A stretch of DNA of 60,987 nucleotides, counting the filler, from Sphacelaria rigidula (lineage: Eukaryota), in NCBI GenBank assembly GCA_964200075.2. It is 3 parts of 3 records of this genome, joined end to end, with 100 filler letters (N's around TTAATTAATTAA, not from the genome) between each part and the next. Parts side by side here need not be neighbours in the genome. Positions count along the whole stretch, not along the records: positions 20,364 to 40,626 come from CAXNAA020000550.1; positions 40,727 to 60,987 come from CAXNAA020000551.1; 1 more part is not named here. One strand, given 5' to 3'. This document shows, in pieces, positions 35,416 to 49,035 of this stretch. The position numbers and the translations under genes were made by a program. The notes beneath the pieces are model-generated. The model ran no database searches and was not told where the DNA came from. It saw only the letters and a list, made by a program, of their open reading frames with translations. Every line of letters starts with the position of its first letter. Positions within the stretch are counted from its first letter, which is position 1.

Positions 35416-38400
35416 ATTTAAATCTCACTTTGGATCCACGATAGTCTGCCCTGCCAGAAGTTGGGGTGACGGCTTTCACCCGCCTGCTGCGACGAATCAT
35501 ACTTCCTTCTGTGGTCGTGGTGAATTCGTTGTCTCCACATGTCGGCGCCGACGCGTTGTGGTGTTGGGGGCGGCAGCTAACCGTGAGGATGGCGGCTGTC
35601 AGGGTTTGTGGATGTGTTGTGCTCCATGCCCGAGTATGGATTCGTGTGATGAATTCGGCGCATATCGCATAAAAGGTATCCCTGTCTGGCCCACTGAGTC
35701 GCGGACTTGGGCCGTGGGTTCTGGGCACGACGCGCCTCGTATTGCGTGGTTCTGTTGTCCTTTATGGCGCCGTGATCGGCGGGCTGATTTGTTGTTGTCC
35801 TCCTTCCCGGCATTCTTCGTATTTTGGAGCCTTCCTCCGTGTGTGTTCCTTGTCGTCGGTGTCTATGATTGTCTGTACAGTATCTCGGTCTCTTGGGGCC
35901 CGGCTTCATACCTGTGGTGGTGAGGTCTACACATATGCTTGTGTGGTGACGTGTGGTGGTGTCCACACATCTGTTTGTGATCGTTTGGGTTTTCGTTCTC
36001 GTGTTCTGTTTTATTTTTTTGCCATAGGACTTAGGTTTCGGTGCACAATGATACGCGCCGAAGCGACGGCGCAGAGACCGCTTGTTCACCGACGTTTTTG
36101 CGTTGCCTCTGCTTGATCCTTGAAGGACCTGTGCGAATATTTCAGTAGCAATTGTTCCACGGTTCGAGCTTGTTCATTTTTGCACTTTTGGCATCCGAGT
36201 GTTCCCGTCCCGTGCTTTGCTGCGGCACGCACGCAGGGTCACCGTCTCTCCACCCGGCGGTTACGTCGCCGACGTGCGAGTGGTCCTGGCGCGTGTCCAG
36301 ATGTTTTCTTAGATTGGCTTCTGTGACCTCTAAAATGACGGTTGTTCCAGTGGTTGACGAGCGTCCGTCTTGCCTTCGAAGCTCTCCACTCATCGACTGG
36401 CGACAACCGGATGCCTTGTGCCCGGTGGGCGACTCTAAGACATGAACTTTGCGGATCACTTTCGGGTATGGATCGATGGGGCTTAGTGTGCCGGCTTGTT
36501 GTCGGCTGTGCATTATTCTGGTGTCGGTGCAATTCGGCGCCATATTACCACAGCTGTGGGGGATAATCCTCATGAAAAATGCCCCGCCCCTCCCGGACGA
36601 CTAAGGCAATCAACAAATGAGCCCCCCCCCCCTTCTCGCCCTGCCGGCGAGGGGGTCCCTCGCCGTCATTGGGAGACTTGCCCTCATCATACATGATGAT
36701 TTCCCCGCTGCGGTCGAGGTCTCTAATCCAACGAAGAAATATGCTGATAGCATCAGTCATCTTGCCCTCAGAAATAATTGCATATGTGCACTGAATAAAA
36801 CGCTCATTGCAAGAAGCAGACTCGAGAAAATTAGCGGTGCGGATACCACCCCGTTCTACTTCAGCAGTATCGGTAACATGAAGCAGGGGGTTGGTATTTC
36901 GGCGGAGCAGGTCTTGTTGAGGATGAATCGTGGGAACCTGCACAACAATCCACAGCTTGGACAAAATATTGTCAATAGTTGCAGCAGACGAGAAACGTAC
37001 TGCGTAGAGTATAAGCCTGTCGTGAATGTTGACTGGCAATAGTGGTAATAGGCCTATACTTCATGCAGTATTCTCTGATCTGCTGTATTTTTCTACCATA
37101 TATTGTCCAGGGTGTGTAACAGTCGAAGTGCTATTGCGCGCTCCTATGGCGATATGGCGTTATTTTTCTCTTGGAAGTGAAAACACCATCCGCTGTTTCT
37201 GGATTCCCCCCTCTTCTCGGAGGTTATGGACGTCGGGTGGGGAATCCCTGTCGGGAAATGAACGGATATCGAGATGATTTGCAATAAGAGTGGGTATATC
37301 AAACACGAGGTTCCAGCTATATTCCACAGTAATCCACGGTCAAATATACCTTGAACGTTGAGTTTGTACTGGATCCGTGGAACGTGGGTTTACACATTCC
37401 TGGTTGGTCTCTTCATATAGTTGACGCCACGCACGACGGTCGGCGAAAGATTTTCCATTCGTCCTGAAGATCTCAGCGCATGCGGAAGAGGGTAGATCAA
37501 TGCACTGCCCGCGATTCAACGGCGGCGGATCGTGTTGCTCAATGAGAATTCTCGGTAACAATGGCCTAAGTGAACCTGCGCCGATGAGCACGGCACGTCC
37601 TGTAAGCGTGTCCGCAGCGGTAGTCATGGTGCAAAACCACACACGCCCGCTTCGTACCCTCAACATTAAAACTGTAAGATCTAGTACGCTGTAGACGGTA
37701 CGTGGAGCTGCGGCACAAAACGCTACTGACCGCTGCTGCTGTGCACAATTATGCAGCGTAATGCTCCAATTTTCAAATTGGTTGTTGTCTCAGGCTATTC
37801 CAGATTCGGTATTAGGATTCTGTGAGAGAAAACATTCTCGTGTTTTCGGAGTACTTTTGAAAAAACGAGTAGAACCTTCTGGAAAGCGAGCAGAACTTCT
37901 TGAACAACTGCAAAAAAATAACGCCACTGTCTTCAGTACAGGGTGGTACACTTTGCACCAGACAACTCTGCAGTGGCACATGAAGTGCAGAGTACTATAC
38001 TCAACACCAGACAAGCCAGTTCTGCAGTGTTTTTTATTTTCAGAACCTGAACACGGATTCCTGTGTGTGTGGCCCCTGCTGGTGCGCCCACACATACCAA
38101 AAGGTCTAGACCGGCGTCCAGAATAGGTGGGACGACAACACAAACACGCACTGAGTACAAAAAAATGCCGCACAGTAGACAGCAGACAACTTGTAGTCTG
38201 CCGATGTTGGGGGGGGTGTTGCCGATTGCAGCGGAAGATTCGAGGCGAGGATACCATCAAACCCAAGAACAAAGGAAAGAGGCGGATGCCCCCAACAGCA
38301 GCGGCCCAGAGTGGAGATGACTGGCGAGTACCGGAAACGGAGCGTACACTACTGACGGCCCAAAGCGGAAGGAGAAGGAAGAGATTGTTGATTGGGGGTA

Positions 38401-39200
38401 GGGATAGGGTTTATGGGCAGAGACGATCGGCTGCGTACCATTAGTCGGGGTGAGCCGCACGCAGCATGGTCTTACTCTGTGATGTTTACGGTCTACCGTG
38501 CTTTCGTCGTTCGGAGGGGATATCAGCCCGTACATGTTGATAAACCATGCTTTTCTTCGTCACATTGCAGTTTTGAGCACGTTTTCTTCGAAGCGGATTG
38601 AACTTAGTACAGCCTTGATTACGTTACGGACGGCGATGTGTTGATCTTGCGTGCGGGGCGCACTGCGGCCAACACCACGCATCAACACCGATAGCTCCGT
38701 GCCTGTTGTGTTGCAGAGGGTGATCGTGCCCGTTTGTCGTGAATATTTCGGTGGGTTCCTCACTTCCATTTCGGCCATATTTTGACGACAACGCCACGGT
38801 CCCACTGCCCAACTTTATATGTGAAAATGTACCAAGATGAACAAGATACTTCTCTTCAGATTTTAAAAAAGTGTACTGCGCACAGTACTGAAATCTGTTG
38901 TCGAGTACACCTGCAAGACGGTCGGGTTAAAAAAAATTGGACCTGCGACGGGTTGTATTACCCGTAGACATCAACGGCAGCAGAAGCGGCTGGGTACATG
39001 TTGTGGTGAACTGCGGAAGACAGGTGGAAATCACTGCAGGGCAGAGATATGCGAAGGATGTTACGTTTTGCGGTGTGCCATATCACCTTGCACGTTGCTG
39101 CTGTGCATCGAGCACGTTGTGCAGCTACAGACGTCACTGATGCGGGTGGTGCGCAGTCTCTAACCACAGTACATGATGCGCTGTACTGTATCACTTGTCT
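34336..39200 (-). pseudogene. Highly degraded Mutator-like (MULE) transposase relic
   Basis: In the expected order on the minus strand: C-x4-C...HH segment (CTAATC...VHHN, ~39000-39120); MULE-like core (NERFIQCTYAIISEG..DAISIFLRWIRDL....IIMYDE, ~36680-36830); SWIM-like CECG...GAPCWCH (~34680-34770). Motif resemblance only. Confidence 0.45.
36951..37116. mobile_element. Palindromic MITE, family copy 2 (nested in the MULE relic)
   Basis: CTTGGACAAAATATTGTCAATAGTTGCA..AGAC.AGAAACGTACTGC...AATAGGCCTA.ACTT.ATGCAGTA...ACCATATATTGTCCAGG.TGTG|TA matches 25394-25567. Confidence 0.8.
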
Positions 39201-39669
39201 TCAGACCGGAGCAGACGGGGTGGGGCCCGAACGTACATGATCCTCCACGAACTTCGTGCACTACCGATCCGGCACGTTTTCACAATTTAAGTCGCTTGCA
39301 ATCTATGTTGTTACATAACTCGCAAGCGATGCAGCTTTCTAAACGTCCGTAAACCGCCCGTGAGGCGAGCTCTTGATGGTGGAAGTACCCGCCCCTCTTC
39401 CCGTGATGATCTCCAGCCTTCGTCTCAGACAATGAAACCTTCGGAATATGACAGTAACTACCGTAAGTTACTCTGTGATCGCACGGGGGTGCGATCGTTT
39501 ATTTAATGTTTTCGAGCTTCTTCTTTTCCGCACAGGGGCGCGTTCTCACGCCCCCTGTGCGAACACCACACCCCCTGTGCGAAAATCGGATCAAATCATT
39601 TCGAGGGTCGGAAAAATAATGATTAGTCTGAAAATTACTTAGTTTTAGTATAATGAGTAGACTCGCGAC

Positions 39670-39860
39670 GAATCAATTCCTAGGCTTTATTTCAGAATTG
39701 CGAACCAGGTACCCGCAGCCCAGACTCGTGGAAAGGCACAAAAGTTGCGTGGATACCCCTTGGACCAGCGATAATTTTTTTTCTCCCTTTCGGGCAATCA
39801 GGTCGAAGAAATCGTGAATTTGGGGATTTTAAGTCGTGATGATTTGTTCTATCCGTGAAT
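39670..39860 (+). repeat. ~190-bp dispersed repeat; direct copy at about 47372-47570
   Basis: Shared CCAGGTA..CGCAGCCCAGAC.CGTGGAA, CGTGGATACCCCTTG.ACCAGCG, TTCTCCCTTT.GGGCAATCAGG..GAAGAAATCGTG. Confidence 0.88.
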
Positions 39861-40154
39861 CATTTGGTACAAGCTGGGCCAGCTGTGAGGAGAACGATAC
39901 AGCAGAAAGGGCCGGCAGGCGGTAATTCCAAGAGTTGGGCGCTGAAAAATTGACACACATTTCTATCACCAGTCGCGACTTGAACTTTATACGAAAACAG
40001 GAAAATCGCCATAACTCCGTAATAAATTAAGAGTAACGAATGTACGTTCAACCAGGTGGTGGGCAATCGCGTCCCGGGCACGCCTGTGAAATCCCAGCCC
40101 ATAACTCGTCGAATTGGGCCTGGTCGAGCAGTTCTCGTGCGACAGGGCTGCGCC

Positions 40155-40260
40155 CCCGTGCCCCGGTGGTCAAACTGGTAAATATCCGATTCCAAGTGCA
40201 CAGGTCACGAATTCGAATCCCGATATGACGACACGATTTTTTCTTGTCTTTTTTTTTTTC
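40155..40260 (+). mobile_element. tRNA-derived SINE-like head followed by T-runs
   Basis: CCCGTGCCCCGGTGGTCAAACTGG (A box) ... AATTCGAATCCC (B box), then TTTTTT tracts. Confidence 0.6.
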
Positions 40261-40626
40261 ACTGCTTAGTTTCAAAGTGTCTCGACCATTTCTCGACGCT
40301 CTTGGCTCTGGGGGCAGTATGGCGCAGTCTCAGGCGGTAGTTCCCCAAACTACGGATGTGTGTTACTCTAGGCTTCGTGGCTCTCTCCCATGATGGAGAT
40401 GTTGACGACCTTGAAGCCATCTTGCAGCAGTACAGACAATACAGTCCGGTGATTGCCTGCCTGTGCGGCCCAACTGTGCGTCGTAGTTCCACCGCATTCT
40501 GTGAAGCGAAACGTCTCCAAGCACGCTATCACGCGATCTTTTTGGTATTACCCAATACTCGATGCAGTTCAATAACATCATTATCAAAACTGCGCCAACG
40601 GAGCAGCGGCGGTACTGCATGTCACC

Positions 40627-40726
40627 NNNNNNNNNNNNNNNNNNNNNNNNNNNNNNNNNNNNNNNNNNNNTTAATTAATTAANNNNNNNNNNNNNNNNNN
40701 NNNNNNNNNNNNNNNNNNNNNNNNNN
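40627..40726. other. Assembly spacer (N44-TTAATTAATTAA-N44)
   Basis: Identical to the spacer at 20264-20363. Confidence 0.97.
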
Positions 40727-41079
40727 GTGAAGAATTTTGAATGTATTAATTTAGCTGAATATTTACCGTTTTGTCGCTGAAGAGCGGGAAAATTGCTTGT
40801 AATGGGCCAAAAATGGTCAATAACACCCTCCTGATAAACGGCGTATCAAATCCGTATCGCCCCAAAAACACCAACGCGAGCATCGCAGTTTGAGCGCGGC
40901 CTACGCTTTCTCCCTATATCTACCGGGGCTAGCATTTTCAGGTAGTAGTGAAAAACGGTTCTCAAGAAAAACTCAGAAAAAAGGACGACTACGAATTTTG
41001 AAAACTTCTGACGCTGACTACTATATCGTAGCTGTTTTCCGTCGTGCCCCTTCATTTTTTTTTTTATTTCTTCAGTTAA

Positions 41080-41210
41080 TCCAGGTTGCCCGGTTCCATC
41101 AATGATGCGCGTTTGTTTCGTTGACCTTGGGTACGTCAATTTTGTGACCACGGCTGGGTCCCTCGGGGATCAGCTGATGTGCGAGAATCAATGAAATGTA
41201 ATGAAATGAA
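41080..41210 (+). mobile_element. LINE/SINE 3' tail, copy 1 (inverted relative at about 47095-47200)
   Basis: GTACGTC.AT..TGT.ACCACGGCTGG.TCCCT.GGG..T.AG.T.A.GTGCGA followed by a short AAT-rich tail; the 47095-47200 copy ends in (AATC)n on the minus strand. Confidence 0.65.
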
Positions 41211-44200
41211 GACCATGAGACGCCACGAACAAACAGTTGAGGTGAACAAAGAAAATAGTCGAACATTAGAATATACGAATATTCTATCTTTGTGGAAAAA
41301 AATTAATCGATGGAAAATAACAACGGATCGTACGTTCACAGAATCCATAGCGGTGAGTTCTTTTTTGGCATATGTTCCAACATAACCGGGAGAGGGAAGA
41401 GGTTTGCTTCCTACCCATCACGTGCTCTCTTCCCAGGAGGCTTCTAGCTTATTTTCGTGGAGGATATAGCGGGAAGAAGAGAGCGGAGAGATTCGTTGGG
41501 GTCTGTGTTCGTGCTTGCGAGAGTAGTGTATGTGCTCAGGTGCTTGGTGTTCGCAAGGTGAGTGGAACAGGGATGATCGAGGTTGTGTTTTACATTGGTC
41601 GTGAATGTAAGCAGCTTTGAATCCTTGTATTTGACCCCAAGTATACCGTATTTTTATGACCATACATCCATCAAGAGTTCATGCACCAGCAACCAGCACC
41701 TCCTTGTCTTTTCAGTTGTGTGTGAAACGAGCACGTTTACGTTTCTTTCAGTATGCTTCGGCAGGAATGCTGTACTGAAAGACCGATTGCCGTCATCTAC
41801 CTGTGCTGCGCCGCGCGTACGTGGGTACAGCAGCCAATGTATGCATGCTCTTCCGTCTCATTTTGTCGGTCCCCTGCTCCGTTTGTAAATGTGGTTCATA
41901 TTCAACAGTAGTGTTGAACACACCCTGTGGTCGCTCATTATGTACATCTACAGACCAAGACGGTATTTGCAATATTTGACTCCTACTTAACGTAACCCTA
42001 TTAGAGAAGACCCGCAATAACTCTCGTCACCAGCCAACCCCATCCTGCTTCATCCATCCCCGCGTATGGTCTCTCAACAGGATAGCCGTTCAAACCCGAA
42101 ACTCGAGCGTACTACTGATGGTCTAAAGACGAAACCCCTCGACACCTCATCCTCCCAACCAGTTACCCACTGCAAATACGCCCGTGCACTTGGCATAATT
42201 CTCGCCCCCTTCACCAAACAAATCCAAAAATCAGCGCGACCACACCGCACTGAACCACGGCACCAGCGCCGTGTTCCTGTGAAATACGCGAGGCACTACG
42301 ATGGCTAGACCAAAGCTTCCAGCAAGACCGATACTAAGGTCACAACACTTCTCAGATAGCGATAGCTCCTCGAACGATGAGCTGGGGGGGGGTGGGATGG
42401 ACGGAACTGAGGATGACAGCGATGATAGCGACACTGGGCCTCGGCCAGCTCCGCCGGACCTGGGGGATACTGTTCGTGCTGGACGCCGAATCCGGCGTAG
42501 CTGGGGCATCCCGAGCTTGATAAGCAGACAGGGCAGCAAATCGAATAATCTAGGCATCGATACCGGAATAGCTCGAGCTCACGAGCTGATCAGGTGAGAG
42601 TTAGGGGACCCGAGGCGGAGTCGGATGAGGAACGTTAGTGCAGAGTGCTTGCGCGGCGATACTCCTTCGTGGCGGTTTTCCTCTGGTTGGTTGGGGTGGG
42701 CAACTGTTTGAGGGGATCTGTATTTTAACTTATTTTTTTTGTCTGAAATTTTGCGATGTTTGTCGTTGGAATTGTGATTTTGACGATTCTGTGTCGGGCC
42801 TCCCGTTGAGCATCTACGAGAGATGATGCTTCTTGGTGGGTAATTAGTAATTAGAAGCTTGAAAATGACTGCTGTTTGGTGCACTCTACTCTGCTGCCCC
42901 TTGTAACCGTAGTGTCCTACACAGATTGATTGCTTCCTTCTCACAGTGTTATGCACCATGCCGAGTCTGTCCATGAAGGCAGACTCTTTTGTCCACAAGA
43001 CCTGTTATTGCCCCCTGCTGTAAATATGAAACCGAACCAAACAGTAAAGCACTGCCAAGCGTGAGTGTTTTACGCCAGACCTCGACCAGACGCTACATAC
43101 AACAGATGGTAACCTTTTTGGTCGGAATCAGTTACACACTTTCTTGTCTGTTCTCTTTTTTATCATAGTCATACGAATACCTTGAACGAAGAGTACACAT
43201 ATTCCGCGCAGTTGATTTTTTTGTGCCTCGAGGCGAGCCACCACCACCACCACAACCCCCAGCTGTATATTATGTTATGGATCCCGCCCTACCATCGTAC
43301 TCTGGCGTCCCGCACACGAGGCACCGCCCTGGTGGTCGCTATATACGCCCCCTACTAGATTTTGCCCCACACTCTAGATTTATTTGTGCCTATTGCATGG
43401 GTGCTGTGGCATGTGTATGTCAACAAGGGAATAGATGGCGGAGAACATGCGTAGCAAACCCCGGACGCGATATTCCCGACATACCGTCAGCGGTGTGTGT
43501 ACAGCAATACATCTGTTTGGGGCACACCGCACTACTCCCAAGAATGGAACAATTTATTCAAGACGTACCGGGGCGGTCGTCGTGCTGCGGACATTCTGAG
43601 GCAGACGCCGCGGGAAATATTTCACGCTTCGCCTCTATTGTGCAGTTGCATTTTCCCTGTTGCGCCGTTGTGCACTTGACGGCCACCCTGTTTGTGCCGC
43701 CTTTATGTTCTCTCCGGTATCGTACGGTACAGGGCGTGCAACACAACAGGGCGCATCACTACTGTACGGAATACAGCCTTCGTCTAGTGCACAGCCTTTT
43801 GGTCGCCCTCCCACACATATGCACGTTGCAGTACCGCACCGACTGACTCTATCCTGTATGCACGAAGTAACACTGCCGTAGATAATCCCATTGCCGGCAG
43901 TTCAACTTTGGTCAGAAACATGCGAACATAATCTTTGCCGGTCGAAAATTTAAGATATTCTTGACGGTCTACAAGCAACCCTCGTGCTGTACTTGTATGG
44001 GCATTATGAGCGTGTATGCTCTGTACACACGAGGTGAAGTCGGAGTTGGAGCAAGGGAGGGCATCGTTAGTCCGGAGATGAGAAGGTAACTGCCCTCGAG
44101 CGTGTTTTTCGTCGTTCTGGTTTATCTTGCAGATTACGATAGGCAAATTGTGATGCTCATGACTGTATCAGGTCGCCGTTGACTCCATGTCGGAGGTGAC

Positions 44201-46907
44201 ATTTGAAAATACTTCGAGGGGAAGTCAAGCTGAAACGAACAGACATGTGCTCTGTTCAGGGATGTCTTTCCTAGGTTCAAATTACCAGTGTGAAGATTTT
44301 CTGAAAAACACTCGCTAAATCTTCAGATGCTTCTGCGGTGGCGGGCAGACGGTTGTATCATCAAGATGATGTTGTGTACGCCCCCCACCCTGGCTCCGAA
44401 TGGTGTTATGACTATTGCATGCATGATTATGAGCACACCCCCCTGGCTCCTCCTCTTCGTTTGAAACAATGTTTTTCTCAAAATATTCGACTGGTGACCT
44501 GAACCCTTGGTGAGATTTGACGAACCAGCAAGTGTTGGTCTACTTTTACCTCACAGGCGGAGAGTTGCACGATGTGTGGGTAACGAAGTATGTCATGCGA
44601 AATTAATGAGGAGAACGTCATCAATGTTGGCGTAGACTGTAGCCCAAACATCGCCAGAATTAGTGCCGTTGGAAATACTTGATCAAGATCTGCCGAGAGT
44701 GACCTTATTTTCAAAAGTACAACGTTGGCCAAGTATTATATACAGTACGTGATTGGACATCTCGGGCGGAGTACTTATGGTGGTTCGAATCCCGACGACG
44801 ATGACCAATGTTGCTAGTTTCCGTCGTGGGAGGGGTGGTTTGGTGTTATGGTAATTTCACGAAACAGTCGACGCAAGTCGACGGTCTGCGAGAGTGGTCA
44901 TAGGTCAACACATGAAATGAATTCACGGCAATTCCCGGGTGAAAGATGGGTGACCCTCCGAGACCATACACAGATTCGTCTCGAGGAGGGGGGCGGTACG
45001 ACGAAGTAGAGAGGAAGAACAAAGTGCGGTTTCCCGTTTTCTGTAAAAAAAAATCGAGGTGGATGATCAAGTGATCCCCGAAACGCCTGGGTTGATGTTA
45101 TCCCGACAGCTTGGTATGCAATTATTCCCCCATGCTGTCATTTACCCGCACTGCCTGCCTTGGAGAGGTTTAGCAGCTCAAACCAGTCAACTGTGATGCT
45201 TTCTCAAGGAAGGTGATTTTACGCACATGGCGTGTCCTCAGGTTGCCAACTCATCACCGGGGGTAGTTCCATATTTTCCCCTCTGGTCCGCCGAAAACCC
45301 GGCGTGCTCCGTCCCGGCATTGTCGGGACGGGCCCCTTCAGGGGTTGGCGTCTGTTGGCAATGACGCTATAAAGCACGCCACTCACTGCGTCAGCTAGGC
45401 CACCAGGTTACCGATTTTTTCTGCGGTAACCATGAGGGTGGTCGAGCTAGATCATTTTGTGTGGGGTAGGAAAACCTCGATTCCGCGCAAAGGAGATGAT
45501 CATAATACATAGTGTTCACATAGTGAGCAGTAGCGATACCTGTGGCTGTCTCCGGAAGTGGTAAAACCAGAAAATAAAGTAACTCATTAGAGGCTGTCAT
45601 CCAACTGTAATGTAATCAGTACCCTTCGGGCTGAGCAATCTTGGCAGGATACAGGTCACTATTTATGCGCCTCGCCGAACACATCACGGTGCTTCGCGCT
45701 TGGAGATTGATTTAGAGCTTGGTCCGGCGAAAAACCCGGTGTGCTCTTTTCCGACCTTGTAGAGATGCGAGGTCAATGGTCATATGATAATATATCATGC
45801 AAGATCGTGAGTACTCCCCCCCCTTCCCCGTGAGTAACACCCCTCCATTTATCCTGGGACCCGAGAAACTGGTGAAGATCACACGCTCCCGGCGGAACAA
45901 AGCCAGTGCATCTCCTTCCTAGTATACTAACGTTAGAGGGTGCCATTCCGTGTGTGTTGGTGAGAGCTTGTTTTGTTCGGGAAGTGGAGTGAGCCCCCTG
46001 TTCTGTAGGGGGGGGGGGGGGGGGGGGGGGGGGGCTCTACCCTGCAAGGGGAGGAGGTGGGTGTTGAAAGTTGCCCGGTGGTCGCGCTACAGCAGCCTGA
46101 ACGATACATAACACCACCTTTGATACTACTTTTGTGGGAAACATTATGCTCGGCGTAGGGCAATATCGGGAGTCTAACACCCTGTCCCCCAAATGTCGAT
46201 ATCAAATCAAGAGAGATCGCTTTTGTTAGTACCAGGGTAGTCCACAAGTCTACACGTGTCCACAACCACAACATACATGATCAGATTTGTAATTGCTCGA
46301 CGTCGACGCTTTTTTTTGTTCCCTCCATCCCGTGAGTATTCGCTGTGATGTGGCCTCGTAACGCTTCCATGAAAGCACCCCGTGTTTTTGTCGTGCGGTG
46401 TAATAACCTAGCAGCGGCGTAGCAGCTGGACAGGAACAGTTGGATACCAGCAAGCGTCGAACCCTTTGAACGCCACGGTGAATAATCTGGATCTTGTTCA
46501 TTATTTAGTCCAAAATGATGCCGATTCAACAAATGATCCACCCTTGCGGTGAGAGGTTGATTGCGCAGATATTTTCATGAATAATACCGCTTTTTCAAAC
46601 ACAGACTGCCCTCCAGCGATCACGAAATTGCGCCGGGCGGAACATTCTTCTTGGCTACGATCATGCACCGGTTCTCTGCCAGCGCTAGCCTGCACTGGGT
46701 AGCATGTAAACTTACTGAATGCAACACAGACCGGGCGAGAACACGGGCAAAATACGCAAGAATTGTCTACATTCTGGATTGTCCCCGATCTCAAAAGATC
46801 TGCTCATTCGCGTACCGGCCGAATTGGGTGGAGAGGGGTTCGTGAGATCACGCGCTGGCTATCACACAAGGTTACATGCCTTGGGTCGAGCTGGGACTGT
46901 CGCATCT

Positions 46908-46909
<2 letters not shown>

Positions 46910-46938
<29 letters not shown>
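46910..46938 (+). repeat. (GT)n microsatellite
   Basis: About 14 GT units. Confidence 0.95.
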
Positions 46939-46940
<2 letters not shown>

Positions 46941-49035
46941 CAACGTTTTTTCAACCCTCATGACGTTCATTACCCGGGGTGCAGGCACTTTCACTTGAAT
47001 GTATGCTCGTCGCGCGTTTTTTCAACGATTGTTTTGTGTTATCCACGAGCCGCTAAATGTGGATTTCGCGTCTGAGCTCTTAGTTGTGCTGTGAAATGTG
47101 ATTTGATTGATTGATGTTCGCACTTTAACTCAGCCCCAGGGATCCAGCCGTGGGTGACACGATCGACGTACTCGAGACAAAACAAAAGTGAAACACTCGC
47201 TGAAGAAAAAAGAAAAAAAAAGAAGGGAAGATTGGCCATCCTCTGCCACATGGCTTCCGCCGAAAAGATGTTGTGCAGAATCACACTCATACCCAGTCGC
47301 GGAAAAGGAAAAGATACAAGGTCGGACAAATGATGATTCGTGTGGAAATCACTTGGTTTTAGTATCATTCGAATCGTACGAATCAATCCATAGGCTCCGT
47401 TTTCAGCGTTGCAACCCAGGTATACGCAGCCCAGACACGTGGAATGGCGCACTAGTTACGTGGATACCCCTTGAACCAGCGGTCAACTTGTTTCTCCCTT
47501 TTGGGCAATCAGGCTGAAGAAATCGTGGACTTGGTGATTCGTAGTCGTGACGATTCGTCCTAACCGTGAAAATATAACGGCTCATTTACTACGACCGCTC
47601 TATTCAGGGTATGGACACTCTCGTCGATGAACAAACGCAATGAAGCGAGGCACCACACTGCTCTGCCATACACCAGCAGGAAAGCACAAATATAGAGAGA
47701 GACAGATGGGGAGACTACAGAAGTGGTGAAGCCCAAAGGATTCAGGGCAGCGGAGAAGAAACAGACACACACCAGTGGGCACCGCAGAGCCACCGACTAA
47801 GAACACAGTCAACAACCGTTATGAGCAGATAGGATTCTTCGATTGGCTCCCCTCGCGTCGCCAGGTGTCCTCAAACTCTTCCGCTCCCTTTTCGACTTCA
47901 AAATGTCATTTGCCCGTGTTCTTCGCCGCAGTGACCCAATCGTCTGCATCGTTAACCTCTACACCGTAGACGAAACATATTCGTCGTGCTCCTTTGTGCG
48001 GAAAATGTATGGAGCATCGCAATATTAGACTGCTTCGCTGGGAGAGGGGTGTAGATGCGGTAGTGATGGTAGGGTGGCTCGGCTGTGCAAAGGCACACCC
48101 AAGCCATGATCATCTCTGCTATATACAAGTTCACACTCGTACCTGACCAACTCTGAACAGACCTGCAGTCTTGAAGAAAAAAACAGAAATGCAATATTAA
48201 GTCGGACTCATCAACGGGTCTGAGGTGGCATGACAAAAGGCTAATATGCGTCCTCATGACACTAACCCACCCAGACGAACCTTTTTTACAGCTGCGAGGA
48301 TCTACCCTCAGAGCAGCAAAAACTAAGATTTTTCTCTACTCGTAAAGTCATGAGCGGCTAGTCAAGCATACCTGAGGAAACACTCCCGTACCCAACACTC
48401 CTGAACCCGCTAAGGTGAGGGTGAAGAAATTACATCCGTTACACAAAGATGATTTTGCTTTTCACGAGCTGCGGGGCAAAACGTAAAATCCATTTTTCTC
48501 AGAAACATCCACACCTCATGTAGGAAGAAATCTCAAATGTGTTGAACGTAGTTTTTGCTGTTTCACCCTTGCGATAGTTCCATTTGTGTCGTCTCCCCTA
48601 TTCTGTACATGTGGGTCGCATCTTTTGTGCCGAGGTTGAATTGTGAAAAAAGCACGTGTTGGTTGGATTTGTCTTTCTACGAGGTTCACGCGGTCGTAGT
48701 CCATGTCAATGCTTTGCTTGGCTGTCTCGATGATGCAATCTACACGTTGGGATCAGCATCTGCCCGTTCCGCCGCGTGCAAAGCAGTTCTACTACAAATA
48801 AATAATCGTCCTGGAGGTTTCAGCGCAAGACTACCGTTTCCGACCTGATTTTGTTTCCTCATGTTTTCGTGCAGGCCCATGAATGATTTATTGTTTCAAA
48901 CGTTTACATGCGTTTCCTCTCGACCCTTGTTTTTTTCATCTATGTTGTGCCTCCGTGTTACGAACCCTTGACGATGGCGACGGCGGCCAATGCTCAAACA
49001 AAATTACAAAATTACAAAATTACCAAAAAAAACAG

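Noticed and set aside
34982-35923. Poly-Pro / poly-Gly ORFs
   Set aside because: They arise from poly-G runs spanning Ns, which are low-quality sequence.
45885-45925. Helitron 3' end (weak hairpin plus CTAG|T)
   Set aside because: The hairpin is poor and no matching 5' end or second copy is visible.
46280-46800. Decayed LINE 3' end (similar weak signal at 100-320)
   Set aside because: Only scattered residues resemble LINE C-termini; not supportable without a search.
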